A stretch of DNA of 47,532 nt from a virus. Positions 29,396 through 38,384 of the stretch are shown here, piece after piece. How positions within the stretch are numbered: position 1 is the stretch's first letter; each line of letters starts with the position of its first letter. The position numbers were made by a program, and so were the translations under genes. The DNA lies in IMG/VR virus record IMGVR_UViG_3300046789_000012. One strand, given 5' to 3'. Under the pieces are notes generated by a model. It saw only the letters and a program-made list of their open reading frames with translations. It ran no database searches and was not told the origin of the DNA.

Positions 29396-30649
29396 GTGAC
29401 TGTAGTGGCCGCCGTGCAGGTCACGAGATACGACGCTGCTCGGCTCGGCAACACTCGGCGCACGCCGCAGGGGTTTCTGCGAGCGCCTGCGCGCGTCACG
29501 AGGACCGGTGTGCTCGTCTACAAGCGCGCCGACGGCAGCGTCGTGCGCGAGCTCAGGCGACCCGAGGAAGTGTTCCGCGCCGAGTCGATTGCGACGCTCG
29601 CCGACGCGCCAGTGACCGACCTGCACCCTCGCGAGATGGTGTCGCCGGCGAACGTGCAGACGCTCTCCGTCGGGCACGTGTCGGGCACGAGCGCGCGCGC
29701 AGACGCCGGCCGCTTCGTCGAGGCCGACCTCGTGATCACTGACGCCCGCATGATCAAGGCCATCGAGGCCGGCAGCCGGCGCGAGGTCAGCTGCGGCTAC
29801 AGCTGCAAACTCGTCAACAAGCCGGGCACCTACAACGGCGAAAAGTACGACGCCGAGCAAGTCGACATCACATACAACCATGTCGGCTTAGGGCCTCAAA
29901 AATGGGGCCGCGCTGGTTCCGAGGTCGCGCTGCGCCTCGACGGAAGCGCCGACGATCACTCGCTGCACGACGACGCTGCACACGCAGTGCTGCGCGACGA
30001 CGACCGCGACGACGACGACAACAAAGGACGCCCTATGGAACTGGTAATGATCCGGCTCGACGGACTCGAGGCGCAGGTCACGCCGCCGGCCGCTCAGATC
30101 GTGCAGCGCACGCTCGAGCAGCGCGACAGCAAGATCGCCGAACAGGCGGCCGCCCTCGCGCAGCTGCAAACACGCTTCGACGCCGTGCGCGGCGAGGCCG
30201 ACGCAGCGAAGGCAAAGCTCGCCGAGGCGAGCGACCCGGAACGCTTCGAGGCCGCCGTGCGCGACCGACTCGCGCTGCTCGAGCGAGTGCGTCCCGTGCT
30301 CGGCGCCGAGTCAAAGCTCGACGGCCTGTCGCCGCGCGAGATCAAACTAAAGGCGCTCGCCAAGCTCAAGCCTGGTCAGGCGTTCGATAAAGAGTCAGAC
30401 GCCTACGTCGACGCGCGCCTCGACGGCGCCCTCGAGCTCGTCGCCGACAAGCGCTCGAGCAACAGCGGCGGCGGCAACAGCGCCGACGACCTGCGCCGCA
30501 GCCTGCACGGCAACCGCTCGCAGCAGACGGCCGCCCTCGACGTGCGCGCAATCCTCGCCGGTAACCAGCGCACCGACGCCGCCGACGCCAAGCCGCCGAC
30601 GTTCGAGCCGCCTGCGTGGCGCACAAAGCTCGCCGCTTCGCGCGAGTAG
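29396..30649 (+). CDS. Prohead scaffold/protease-like protein (DUF2213-like)
   Basis: 417 aa; QGFLRAPARVTRTGVLVY, REVSCGYSC and ITYNHVGLGP match the remembered DUF2213 pattern. Acidic stretch, then a coiled-coil C-half. The start could instead be GTG 29405 or 29414. Confidence 0.75.
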   Translation: MTVVAAVQVTRYDAARLGNTRRTPQGFLRAPARVTRTGVLVYKRADGSVVRELRRPEEVFRAESIATLADAPVTDLHPREMVSPANVQTLSVGHVSGTSARADAGRFVEADLVITDARMIKAIEAGSRREVSCGYSCKLVNKPGTYNGEKYDAEQVDITYNHVGLGPQKWGRAGSEVALRLDGSADDHSLHDDAAHAVLRDDDRDDDDNKGRPMELVMIRLDGLEAQVTPPAAQIVQRTLEQRDSKIAEQAAALAQLQTRFDAVRGEADAAKAKLAEASDPERFEAAVRDRLALLERVRPVLGAESKLDGLSPREIKLKALAKLKPGQAFDKESDAYVDARLDGALELVADKRSSNSGGGNSADDLRRSLHGNRSQQTAALDVRAILAGNQRTDAADAKPPTFEPPAWRTKLAASRE

Positions 30650-30707
30650 GCCGACCCACACCCGGACATCGAACAGCCAACCCAAGCGAACGACAGGCGA
30701 CACAACC

Positions 30708-31193
30708 ATGCAACTCACCTATTCAGCGACGACGCCGATCGGCGTGCACGGTCAAAAGATCGAGGCATGGCCCTCGGCAATCGACACAGGCCTCGCCTCG
30801 GGCACTGTGATCCCCGTCGGCATCGTCGTCGTATACGACACCGCCGCAGGCCGCGACCCGGCATCCGTCCGACAGCCTGCACTTACCACCGAGGTAACAG
30901 TGCTGACCGGCGTCGCTGGTTTCGCGCTGTGGGACCCGACCTATCCCGAGCCGCCCTATCGAGTCGGCTCATCGCTGCCCGTGATGCGCAAGGGCCGTTT
31001 TGCTGTCGTAGGCGAGACCGCCCTCGCCGTGCACACGAATCCGTTCGTCCGCTTCGGACTAGTCGGCGCTGGCACGATCCTCGGCGCTCTCCGCAGTGAC
31101 TCCGACGCAGGCAACGCCGTTGCCGCGCCTTACCTCACAGTCGTCGTAGGCGCAGCCGCAGGCGGCGTCGCGGTCGTCGAGATCAACCTCTGA
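30708..31193 (+). CDS. Head-associated beta-rich protein (possible decoration/cement protein)
   Basis: 161 aa; Gly/Val/Ala-rich. Lies between the scaffold and major capsid genes. Confidence 0.55.
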   Translation: MQLTYSATTPIGVHGQKIEAWPSAIDTGLASGTVIPVGIVVVYDTAAGRDPASVRQPALTTEVTVLTGVAGFALWDPTYPEPPYRVGSSLPVMRKGRFAVVGETALAVHTNPFVRFGLVGAGTILGALRSDSDAGNAVAAPYLTVVVGAAAGGVAVVEINL

Positions 31194-31239
31194 CAGTCAA
31201 CCCTAGCGCGCTCGCCCCGCTCGGAAAGCACACGCCATT

Positions 31240-32325
31240 ATGCCCGGTACCTCACTCGTCAGCACGCACACGCTAGACAGGCTCGACGCCAACCTGCTCG
31301 AGCTGCAACTCGCGCAGATCGGCCAACGACTCGACGAGGACGCATTCGCTAACGTCGTGCTCGCGATGGCGCACACGCGCGCGCAGCTCTACGGAATCGA
31401 GCGCCTCGACGCGAACGAGACTGCTTTGTTCGGGAGAGATCTCGAATACATCTCGGCGCGCCTGCGCGAGATTCACCGCCCACAGCTCAAATGGAGGCAG
31501 TTCGTGCCCGTCACGTCAGAGGCGCCCGCAGGCGCTGAAACGTGGTCCTATAAGATGTGGGACGCGCTCGGGATGGCCGAAATTGTGGCCAACTACGCCG
31601 ACGACATTCGCCGTGTCGGCGTGACCGCGCAGAAGTTCACCTACGACATCGCGACCTGGGCCCTCGGCTACGACTACACAGTCTTAGACATCGAGCGCGC
31701 TTCGATGGCAGGGGTGAACTATCAGAACCAGCAGGCCGACGCCGTGCGTCGCGGCTTCGAGCTGCGTTTCGAACGCATCGCCTCACTCGGGCAAACAGGC
31801 ACGAACATCAAGGGCCTGTTGAATCACCCTAACGTGCCCGTGATCGCGGCGACGACTGTCGGCGCTGGGTCTGCGTGGGGCGCTGGCACCAAGACGCCCG
31901 ACGACGTTTTGAAGGACATGATCGCCGCCGAGGACTCGATCGTGACTGCGACGCAGGGCGTCGAGTCGCCTGATACGCTGCTGCTTCCGCTCGCGAAATT
32001 CCGATACATCCAAAACACGCCCGTCTACACCGGCGCTGGCAGCGACCCGGAAGACACGATCCTTAGCGTGTACCTGCGCCGCAGCGCCTACGTGACTAAC
32101 GTCGACTGGTGGCTGCCGCTCGCGACCGCAAACTCGGCAGGCACAGGCGCTCGCGCGCTCTGGTATCGGCGTGACCCGCGGTACGTCCACTTCGAGCTGA
32201 CCATGCCGCCGCGCGAGCTGCCGCCGCAGACAAAGAACCTCGCGCTGTCCGTCGAGTCGTGGACTCGCGCAGGCGGCGTCTGCTGGGAGTACCCGCTTTC
32301 GGCTGTCTACATGGACGGAATCTAG
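31240..32325 (+). CDS. Major capsid protein (DUF2184-like, HK97-fold class)
   Basis: 361 aa. Position after the scaffold, size, and sequence reminiscent of DUF2184 capsid proteins that accompany DUF1073 portals (recalled). Confidence 0.8.
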   Translation: MPGTSLVSTHTLDRLDANLLELQLAQIGQRLDEDAFANVVLAMAHTRAQLYGIERLDANETALFGRDLEYISARLREIHRPQLKWRQFVPVTSEAPAGAETWSYKMWDALGMAEIVANYADDIRRVGVTAQKFTYDIATWALGYDYTVLDIERASMAGVNYQNQQADAVRRGFELRFERIASLGQTGTNIKGLLNHPNVPVIAATTVGAGSAWGAGTKTPDDVLKDMIAAEDSIVTATQGVESPDTLLLPLAKFRYIQNTPVYTGAGSDPEDTILSVYLRRSAYVTNVDWWLPLATANSAGTGARALWYRRDPRYVHFELTMPPRELPPQTKNLALSVESWTRAGGVCWEYPLSAVYMDGI

Positions 32326-32373
32326 CAACTCGAGCTCGAGCTGCCCGCCAACAACTAACGCACGAGAGATCAC

Positions 32374-32739
32374 ATGCCCGACGCAACAGTCACGAACGGC
32401 ACAGCGCGCATTCTGTGGGTGCAGTCGCCGACCAACCTCATCAAGTTTCCGCCGCTCGTGACCGTGATCGTCCTGCCCGAGGACGTCGAGCCCGTCGGCT
32501 ACGCGCTCGTCGGCGCCTTCGCTCCGTTCGTAGCCGACGGCACCGTGACCTACTCGCTGCCGACGTTCGAGGACCATCGCAGCGACCCGCCGCCGCCCGA
32601 CGTCTGCCCGCCTACGCTCGCACTGCCTAGCGTTCCGACGACGCCGAGCACGCTGCCGACGCTGCCGCAGACCGACCAGCAGCCAACCGATCCGCCGCCG
32701 TCGGCTACCGGCCGAACGCCGAGAGGAACGACGAGGTAA
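32374..32739 (+). CDS. Hypothetical head-module protein with Pro/Thr-rich C-terminus
   Basis: 121 aa; the C-terminal half is PPPPDVCPPTLALPSVPTTPSTLPTLPQTDQQPTDPPP. Confidence 0.55.
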   Translation: MPDATVTNGTARILWVQSPTNLIKFPPLVTVIVLPEDVEPVGYALVGAFAPFVADGTVTYSLPTFEDHRSDPPPPDVCPPTLALPSVPTTPSTLPTLPQTDQQPTDPPPSATGRTPRGTTR

Positions 32740-32748
32740 GCGCCGCCG

Positions 32749-33081
32749 ATGGCTGTCACCGTCTCACAGTTCTACGTGGAGTTTCCCGAGTTTGCTCGAG
32801 TGAAGCACGAGCTAGTCGCGGCGAAGCTCGCCGACGCCGAGGCGCGTGTCGCGCTCGACATCTCGGGCGCGAATCCCGTAGTGCAGCCTGACGGCTCGTG
32901 CATCGACCCGGCGCGCGACATGTTCGTGAAGTACCTACTCGCCTCGCTGCTCGTGCTCACGCCGAGCGGCGAGTTTGCGCGGCTCGATCCGAAGAAAGAA
33001 CCCGACGGCGCGCGCAGCATCTACGAGCGCACATTCAATCAGTTGCAGGCGTCCTACAACATCTTGGCGATCGCGCTGTGA
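32749..33081 (+). CDS. Head-tail connector protein (DUF4054-like)
   Basis: 110 aa; the N-terminus VSQFYVEFPEFARV is typical of that family (recalled). Confidence 0.6.
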   Translation: MAVTVSQFYVEFPEFARVKHELVAAKLADAEARVALDISGANPVVQPDGSCIDPARDMFVKYLLASLLVLTPSGEFARLDPKKEPDGARSIYERTFNQLQASYNILAIAL

Positions 33082-33560
33082 CTGTCACCGACAAAGACAT
33101 GGGATGGCAGGCCCTCGGCGAGGCCGTCGCCGAGCTCGGCGACAGCGACTCGTTTGTGCTCGTCGGCATCCAAGGCAACGAGGCGACTGCCACGCACGGC
33201 GCCGACGAGATCACGAACGTTGGCCTAGGCACGATCCACGAGTTTGGCCTCGGCGTGCCGCGCCGCTCGTTCATCCGTGATGCCATCGACGCGCACCAAG
33301 ACGAGCTCGCCGAGTTTATGGGTGTGCTCGGGCAGCGTGTGCTGCTCGGCGAAAGTCATCCGAGCGGACCAATGTCCGAGACGCAGGCGCTAGGCCTCAT
33401 CGGTCAGCAAGCCGTGAAGCTCATTCAGCAGCGCATCACGGCGCACATACCGCCGCCGCTCGCCGAGATCACGAAGAAAATAAAGGGCAGCGACGTGCCG
33501 CTCGTCCGGTTCGGCACGCTGCGCAAGAGCATCACATACCGAGTCGGAGGCGCCACCTAA
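33078..33560 (+). CDS. Head closure / tail-attachment protein (HK97 gp10-like)
   Basis: 160 aa; GTGA overlap. IHEFGLGVPRRSFIRDAID resembles the gp10-family core (recalled). Confidence 0.6.
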   Translation: MTVTDKDMGWQALGEAVAELGDSDSFVLVGIQGNEATATHGADEITNVGLGTIHEFGLGVPRRSFIRDAIDAHQDELAEFMGVLGQRVLLGESHPSGPMSETQALGLIGQQAVKLIQQRITAHIPPPLAEITKKIKGSDVPLVRFGTLRKSITYRVGGAT

Positions 33561-34180
33561 TGGACTGGCAGGCCTTCGCTGATGGCATGAAGACGTGGAT
33601 CGCGCGCACGACCGCGATACAGCTAGACGACGTCTACTGGGAGGGCGAGCCACTCGGGATGCTCGGCTATCCGCAGGCGCGCCTAAACCTGCTGGGCAGC
33701 CCTGGCTACGGCATCAGCGACGTTGCGCTCAACAGTGACGAGGTGCGCCTCGTGCCGCAGGGGCCCGGTCAGGACGCGCTAGTACGCATCGTCGGCAACC
33801 GCGCTGTGACGCTGCAGGCCATCGTCAACACGCGCGACGGAACACCGTGGGGGCGTGCTTTTCGCTACCTCGAGCGCATTCGAAACGCGCTCTACCTGCC
33901 GAGCACACAGACGCTTTTCTCCGACCTCGGCATCGGCCTCGACGGGCCCGGCGTATTCATCGACCTCAATTACATGTGGGACTTTCGCAAGGAGTCGTCG
34001 GCGAGCCTCGAGCTACGTCTGCTCTACGCCTACGACACCATGTGTGAGTGCGGCGCTGACGACATGCCCGCGGAAACCATCGGCACGATCGAGCATGTGC
34101 GCGTCAGCGGCACTGTCGGCGCGCCTTTCAACTTCGACAGTCAACTGATCACAGTGCCCGAGCGGCAGATCGACAAATAA
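33560..34180 (+). CDS. Neck / tail completion protein (hypothetical)
   Basis: 206 aa; 1-nt overlap with the upstream stop. Position just before the sheath gene. Confidence 0.55.
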   Translation: MDWQAFADGMKTWIARTTAIQLDDVYWEGEPLGMLGYPQARLNLLGSPGYGISDVALNSDEVRLVPQGPGQDALVRIVGNRAVTLQAIVNTRDGTPWGRAFRYLERIRNALYLPSTQTLFSDLGIGLDGPGVFIDLNYMWDFRKESSASLELRLLYAYDTMCECGADDMPAETIGTIEHVRVSGTVGAPFNFDSQLITVPERQIDK

Positions 34181-34192
34181 AGGCCTTACCCC

Positions 34193-35512
34193 ATGGCAGG
34201 ATCAGAGATCGAGGTTATCGAGCACACAGTCACAGTCGCCGACGCGACCGTGACGAAATTTGGTTTCGGCGTGCCGCTCATCGCCGTCAATCACAACTAT
34301 TGGCCGGAGCGCGTCAAGACGTTCGCCAACGCCGCCGACCTGACCAAGGCGCCCTACAACGTGCCGCAGACGTCGGCGCTCTACATCGCCGCCCGGCAGC
34401 TCAAGAGTCAGCAGCCCTCGCCGCCGACGTTCAAAGTCGGGCGCATGACGGCGGCATTCACGCAGTCGTTCAAGCTCACGCCTGCGACGCCATCGGCTGC
34501 CGGCGAACACTACACAGTCACGATCGACGCGACGAAAGTCGACGTCGTGCTGTCGCCGCCGTCGAGCTCGGCTGACGTCGTGACCGCGCTCGTCACCGCC
34601 ATCAATGCGATCGTCGACGTCACTGCGACAGGCACGACCGACGTCAACGTCGTAAGCGACACCGCGAACGCAGTGCACTCGATCAGCGGCCTGTCGGCAA
34701 ACATCACCTTTGCAGACACCACGCCCGCAGCGACGCCAGCAGCTGCGGTCGGGACCGACCTGGCTGCGATCAGGGCCTTTGACGGCGACTGGTATGCCCT
34801 CGTGATGCTCGTGCCCGGCGCTGCGTCAGTGCAAGAGGCCGCTGCGTGGGTAGAGCCCGAGCGCGCGCTCTACTTCTCGGCAACGGCCGCGAACGATGTG
34901 CCATCGTCGCTGACGACCGACATCGCGACCACGCTGCAGGGCCTCGGCTACACGCGCTCTAGCATCTGGTGGCATCCGAATCAGAGCGAGTACCTCGACG
35001 CGTCTGTCGTCGGCGCGATGCTGCCCAAGCTGCCGGGCCCGATTACGTTCGCAAACAAGGGCCTCGCCGCTGTGACAATGGCGAACCCTGACACCTCGCA
35101 GCGGGCAGCGCTCAAGACCAAGCACGCAAATTGTTACATCAACATCAAGGGCCTCGGCTTCACGCTGTGGGGGTGGGCAGCGAGCGGCAGATACCTCGAC
35201 GTCACTGTCGCGATCGACTGGTTCGACGTGCAGATCGAAGACCGAATCGTCGCGCTGCTGCGCAACAACGATGTGGTGCCCTACACAACTGCGGGCATCG
35301 AGCTCGTGCGGTCCGAGATATTCGCGCAGATCCTCGAGGGCATCGCACTCGGGATAATCGACGGCGCGCAGCCGTTCAGCGCGACCGCGCCCGCGCTCGC
35401 AACGATCGACCCGAACCTCAAGACGCAGCGCATCCTGCCCGATATGAAATACAGCTATGTGCTGTCCGGCGCGATCCACAAGGTTCGCGTAGTCGGCACT
35501 GTCCAGGTCTAA
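34193..35512 (+). CDS. Tail sheath protein (DUF3383-like)
   Basis: 439 aa. ITFANKGLAAV ... KHANCYINIKGLGFTLWGWAASGRYLDVTVAIDWFDVQIEDRIV fits the remembered sheath family. Followed by tube, chaperone and tape-measure genes. Confidence 0.8.
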   Translation: MAGSEIEVIEHTVTVADATVTKFGFGVPLIAVNHNYWPERVKTFANAADLTKAPYNVPQTSALYIAARQLKSQQPSPPTFKVGRMTAAFTQSFKLTPATPSAAGEHYTVTIDATKVDVVLSPPSSSADVVTALVTAINAIVDVTATGTTDVNVVSDTANAVHSISGLSANITFADTTPAATPAAAVGTDLAAIRAFDGDWYALVMLVPGAASVQEAAAWVEPERALYFSATAANDVPSSLTTDIATTLQGLGYTRSSIWWHPNQSEYLDASVVGAMLPKLPGPITFANKGLAAVTMANPDTSQRAALKTKHANCYINIKGLGFTLWGWAASGRYLDVTVAIDWFDVQIEDRIVALLRNNDVVPYTTAGIELVRSEIFAQILEGIALGIIDGAQPFSATAPALATIDPNLKTQRILPDMKYSYVLSGAIHKVRVVGTVQV

Positions 35513-35542
35513 CCCAGCGCAGCCGAGAGGACACAACAGGTC

Positions 35543-35980
35543 ATGGGCTTCAAATCCTGGAACATCAACGAGCTATCGATATCGCTAAACGCGATCCCGC
35601 TGTCGACAGGCGGCTACGCCGAGGATGAAGTGCTAGCGATCGACTGGACCGAAGATTGGTTCACGAAATACGTAGGCGCCGACGGCGAGGTCACGCGCAC
35701 GCGCACAAACAATTTCAGCGCTACAGCTACCCTCAAGTACGCGCAGACCGCCGACGCCAATACGACGCTAAGCGCGCAGCTCGCGAAGGACATCGCGACA
35801 CTGAACGGCGCTGCCGCCGGCGTATTCACGGTGAAAGACTCAGGCGGCGGCCTCGTCATCACGAGCCCGCGGGCATGGATCATCGCGCCGCCGCAGATCC
35901 GACTCGGTAAAACCGTTCAAGTTTTCGAATGGAAAATCGACCTCGCCGACGCGCGCACGAGCACGTTCGGAGGTCGCTAA
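35543..35980 (+). CDS. Tail tube protein (DUF3277-like)
   Basis: 145 aa; located directly after the sheath gene. Confidence 0.75.
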   Translation: MGFKSWNINELSISLNAIPLSTGGYAEDEVLAIDWTEDWFTKYVGADGEVTRTRTNNFSATATLKYAQTADANTTLSAQLAKDIATLNGAAAGVFTVKDSGGGLVITSPRAWIIAPPQIRLGKTVQVFEWKIDLADARTSTFGGR

Positions 35981-35983
35981 ACT

Positions 35984-36514
35984 ATGAGCCGAACCGTAAG
36001 AGAAAAGCAGATCGGCGAGTATCGCTACCTAGTGACGCTGCTCGGCGCGAAGGCCGGCCGATCGATGCTCGTGCGCCTGACCAAGCTGCTCGGGCCTGCG
36101 ACGGCATCGTTTCTCGAGGGCGTGCTGCACGCCAAGGGAGGTCTGACGGCATCGCTCGCCCTCGGCGCGAGCGACGCCATACGCGAGGTAACGCAGCGCC
36201 TCAGCGAGGCAGACCTCGTCATCATCAGCGACGAGCTCGCGCGCTTTACCGCTGTCGTCATCGACGCCGAGCATCAGCCGCAGCTTGACAAGATCTTTGA
36301 CGACCACTTTGCCGGCAGATACGGCGAGATGCTCGCCTGGCTAGCGTTCGCCCTCGAGGCTAATTTCACGAGTTTTTTCGACGGCGCGCGCAGCGGCTCG
36401 ACGCCGCTCGCGCAGCGCCTGCAGAGCCTGATCGCGTTACTGTCACAATCCCCAAGCACATCGACTGGGACATCTGGCGAATCGTCGCCAGCGACCGCAT
36501 CAGCGCAAGCCTGA
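35984..36514 (+). CDS. Tail assembly chaperone (G-like, zero-frame product)
   Basis: 176 aa; immediately upstream of the tape measure gene. Contains the slippery heptamer T TTT TTC. Confidence 0.75.
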   Translation: MSRTVREKQIGEYRYLVTLLGAKAGRSMLVRLTKLLGPATASFLEGVLHAKGGLTASLALGASDAIREVTQRLSEADLVIISDELARFTAVVIDAEHQPQLDKIFDDHFAGRYGEMLAWLAFALEANFTSFFDGARSGSTPLAQRLQSLIALLSQSPSTSTGTSGESSPATASAQA

Positions 36515-36630
36515 CCGAGGTTTGCGAGGAATGGACCCTAGACGACCTATACGACGCTCACGACGTGCTCGACCTATACGACGAGCTCGAGCGCCAGCAG
36601 GCACGACTCGCAAAGGAGCGTAACAGTTGA
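35984..36630 (+). CDS. Tail assembly chaperone, -1 frameshift fusion product (GT-like); shift at 36373..36379
   Basis: The -1 frame is open from 36364 to the TGA at 36628..36630. It encodes a protein-like tail, ...IPKHIDWDIWRIVASDRISASLTEVCEEWTLDDLYDAHDVLDLYDELERQQARLAKERNS. Confidence 0.65.
36373..36379 (+). other. Slippery heptanucleotide T TTT TTC (X XXY YYZ) for -1 programmed frameshifting
   Basis: Zero-frame codons agT TTT TTC read directly; a hairpin starts 8 nt downstream. Confidence 0.65.
36388..36413 (+). other. Stimulatory hairpin candidate downstream of the slippery site
   Basis: gcgcagcggc-tcgac-gccgct(c)gcgc: a 10-bp GC-rich stem with a 1-nt bulge, 8-nt spacer from the heptamer. 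Confidence 0.5.
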
Positions 36631-38384
36631 GTGCCGTAGTCCTACGTGAGCTCGTCGCAAAGCTTGGCCTCACTGTCGACGAGGGCGCATTCGAGCGCGC
36701 CGACCAAGGCCTAAAGAAGGTCAAGAAAGGCCTCGAGGAAGTCGACCGCAAGACGCGCGACGCGAGCGGCCGCTTCGTGCGTGGCGCGCAGGACCAAGCC
36801 GCGGCAGTCGAGGCGCAGGCGACCAAGCAGGCGGCGTCAGCTCGCCGGCGAGCGAAGGACGGGCCCTCAGCTGCTGATACTTTTCAGCAGTACCTAGGCG
36901 GCGCAGCGGTGTTCGCTGCCCTAAAGGGCATGACCGAGCTCGCGTCGAGCGCAAACGAGACGGAGAACGTACTAAAGGAGCTATTCGGCGCGCCCGGCGT
37001 CGAGCAGGTGAAAGGCTGGTCAGACGTGACCAGCGTCGCGCTCAACCGCAGCAAGTATCAGCTGCGCGAGGCCGCAGGCACATTCGGCGCGCTGCTGACG
37101 CCAGTCACGAGCAACACCGCAGAAGTACGCAACATGTCCGAGGCGCTTAGCGTGCTCGCGATCGACCTCGCCAGCTTCTACAACACGAGCGACGAGGAGG
37201 CGATGCTCGCGCTGCGATCGGGCATCATCGGTCAGTCAGAGCCGCTGCTTAAGTACGCCGTGAACGTGCAGGAGGCGACGCTAAAGGAGTACGCGCGCAC
37301 GCAGGGCATCACTAAGTCAGTCGAGAAAATGACCAACGCAGAAAAGACACTGCTGCGTTACAAAAGCATTCTCGAGCAGTCGACTAAGGCGACCGGCGAC
37401 GCCACGCGCACCGCCGGCGAATACGCGAACATGCTGCGAGGTGTGCACGCTCGCGTGACCGAGCTCGCGACGGACCTCGGCAAGAAACTACTGCCGCCGC
37501 TTAAAGCGCTGTTCGCTTGGGCTAACCCCATGATCACGGCATTCGGCAAGCTCGCCGAATCCTCCTACATCTTCGAAGGCCTGCTCGGCGCGCTGGGCCT
37601 AACGATCCTGCGAGTGTTCGGCGGCAAACTCTGGGCCCTCACGACGTTTGGGTTAAAGCTCGGGCTAATCGGCGCCGCCCTCGACGACATCATCAACTTT
37701 GCCAACGGCGCCGACAGCGGCATCGGTCGCCTGCTAAACGCCCTCGGCGGCGAGGGCACTAGCACCAAATGGCTTGAGGCTATCTCGCAGGCGCTGCGCG
37801 ACATGACGCGCGACTGGGAAAAGTTTGTCGCCGCCGTGCGAACGTTCAGCATCCCCGATAAATGGGATGCGTTTCTAGACAAGCTGCACACCGCGCAGGG
37901 CTACTTCGACGCGATCGCGCGCGCCATCACTAAAGCCATGATGGGTCGCGAACGCGGCAACCTGATCACGAAGGAGCAATACAACCGTTATGGCAAAGGC
38001 AACTTCTCGCGCCTCGACGCCCTCAGCGACGACGAGCGCGCAGAGGCCGAAAGAGCCGTAGACGCGTACAACGCCCGCATGCGGTTCGACGCAGCCGAGG
38101 CGCTGCGCAAGGCCAGCGAACGAGCCTCGTTTGACGCGAGTTTCGCTGCGCCTGCGCCCGGCGATCCCGACCTCGCACTCGGGCTAGCAGGCGACCAGCT
38201 GTCGGCGCCCGTCGACTCAGGCCCGAACATGTCCGTGCAGTTCGGCGACACGACGATCAACATGTCACTGCCGCCGGGCGCTAACCCGATCGACGTGCAG
38301 CGCGCGACGCAGCGCGGCGTCGACATCGCCAACCGGCAGGCGCTCGACGCCGTGCGCCAGGCCGCCGGAAAGGTCCGACGCTGA
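36627..38384 (+). CDS. Tape measure protein
   Basis: 585 aa; TTG start overlapping the frameshift-product stop. Helical and Ala/Leu/Gly-rich, with a hydrophobic central segment. Position after the chaperone. Confidence 0.8.
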   Translation: MSAVVLRELVAKLGLTVDEGAFERADQGLKKVKKGLEEVDRKTRDASGRFVRGAQDQAAAVEAQATKQAASARRRAKDGPSAADTFQQYLGGAAVFAALKGMTELASSANETENVLKELFGAPGVEQVKGWSDVTSVALNRSKYQLREAAGTFGALLTPVTSNTAEVRNMSEALSVLAIDLASFYNTSDEEAMLALRSGIIGQSEPLLKYAVNVQEATLKEYARTQGITKSVEKMTNAEKTLLRYKSILEQSTKATGDATRTAGEYANMLRGVHARVTELATDLGKKLLPPLKALFAWANPMITAFGKLAESSYIFEGLLGALGLTILRVFGGKLWALTTFGLKLGLIGAALDDIINFANGADSGIGRLLNALGGEGTSTKWLEAISQALRDMTRDWEKFVAAVRTFSIPDKWDAFLDKLHTAQGYFDAIARAITKAMMGRERGNLITKEQYNRYGKGNFSRLDALSDDERAEAERAVDAYNARMRFDAAEALRKASERASFDASFAAPAPGDPDLALGLAGDQLSAPVDSGPNMSVQFGDTTINMSLPPGANPIDVQRATQRGVDIANRQALDAVRQAAGKVRR

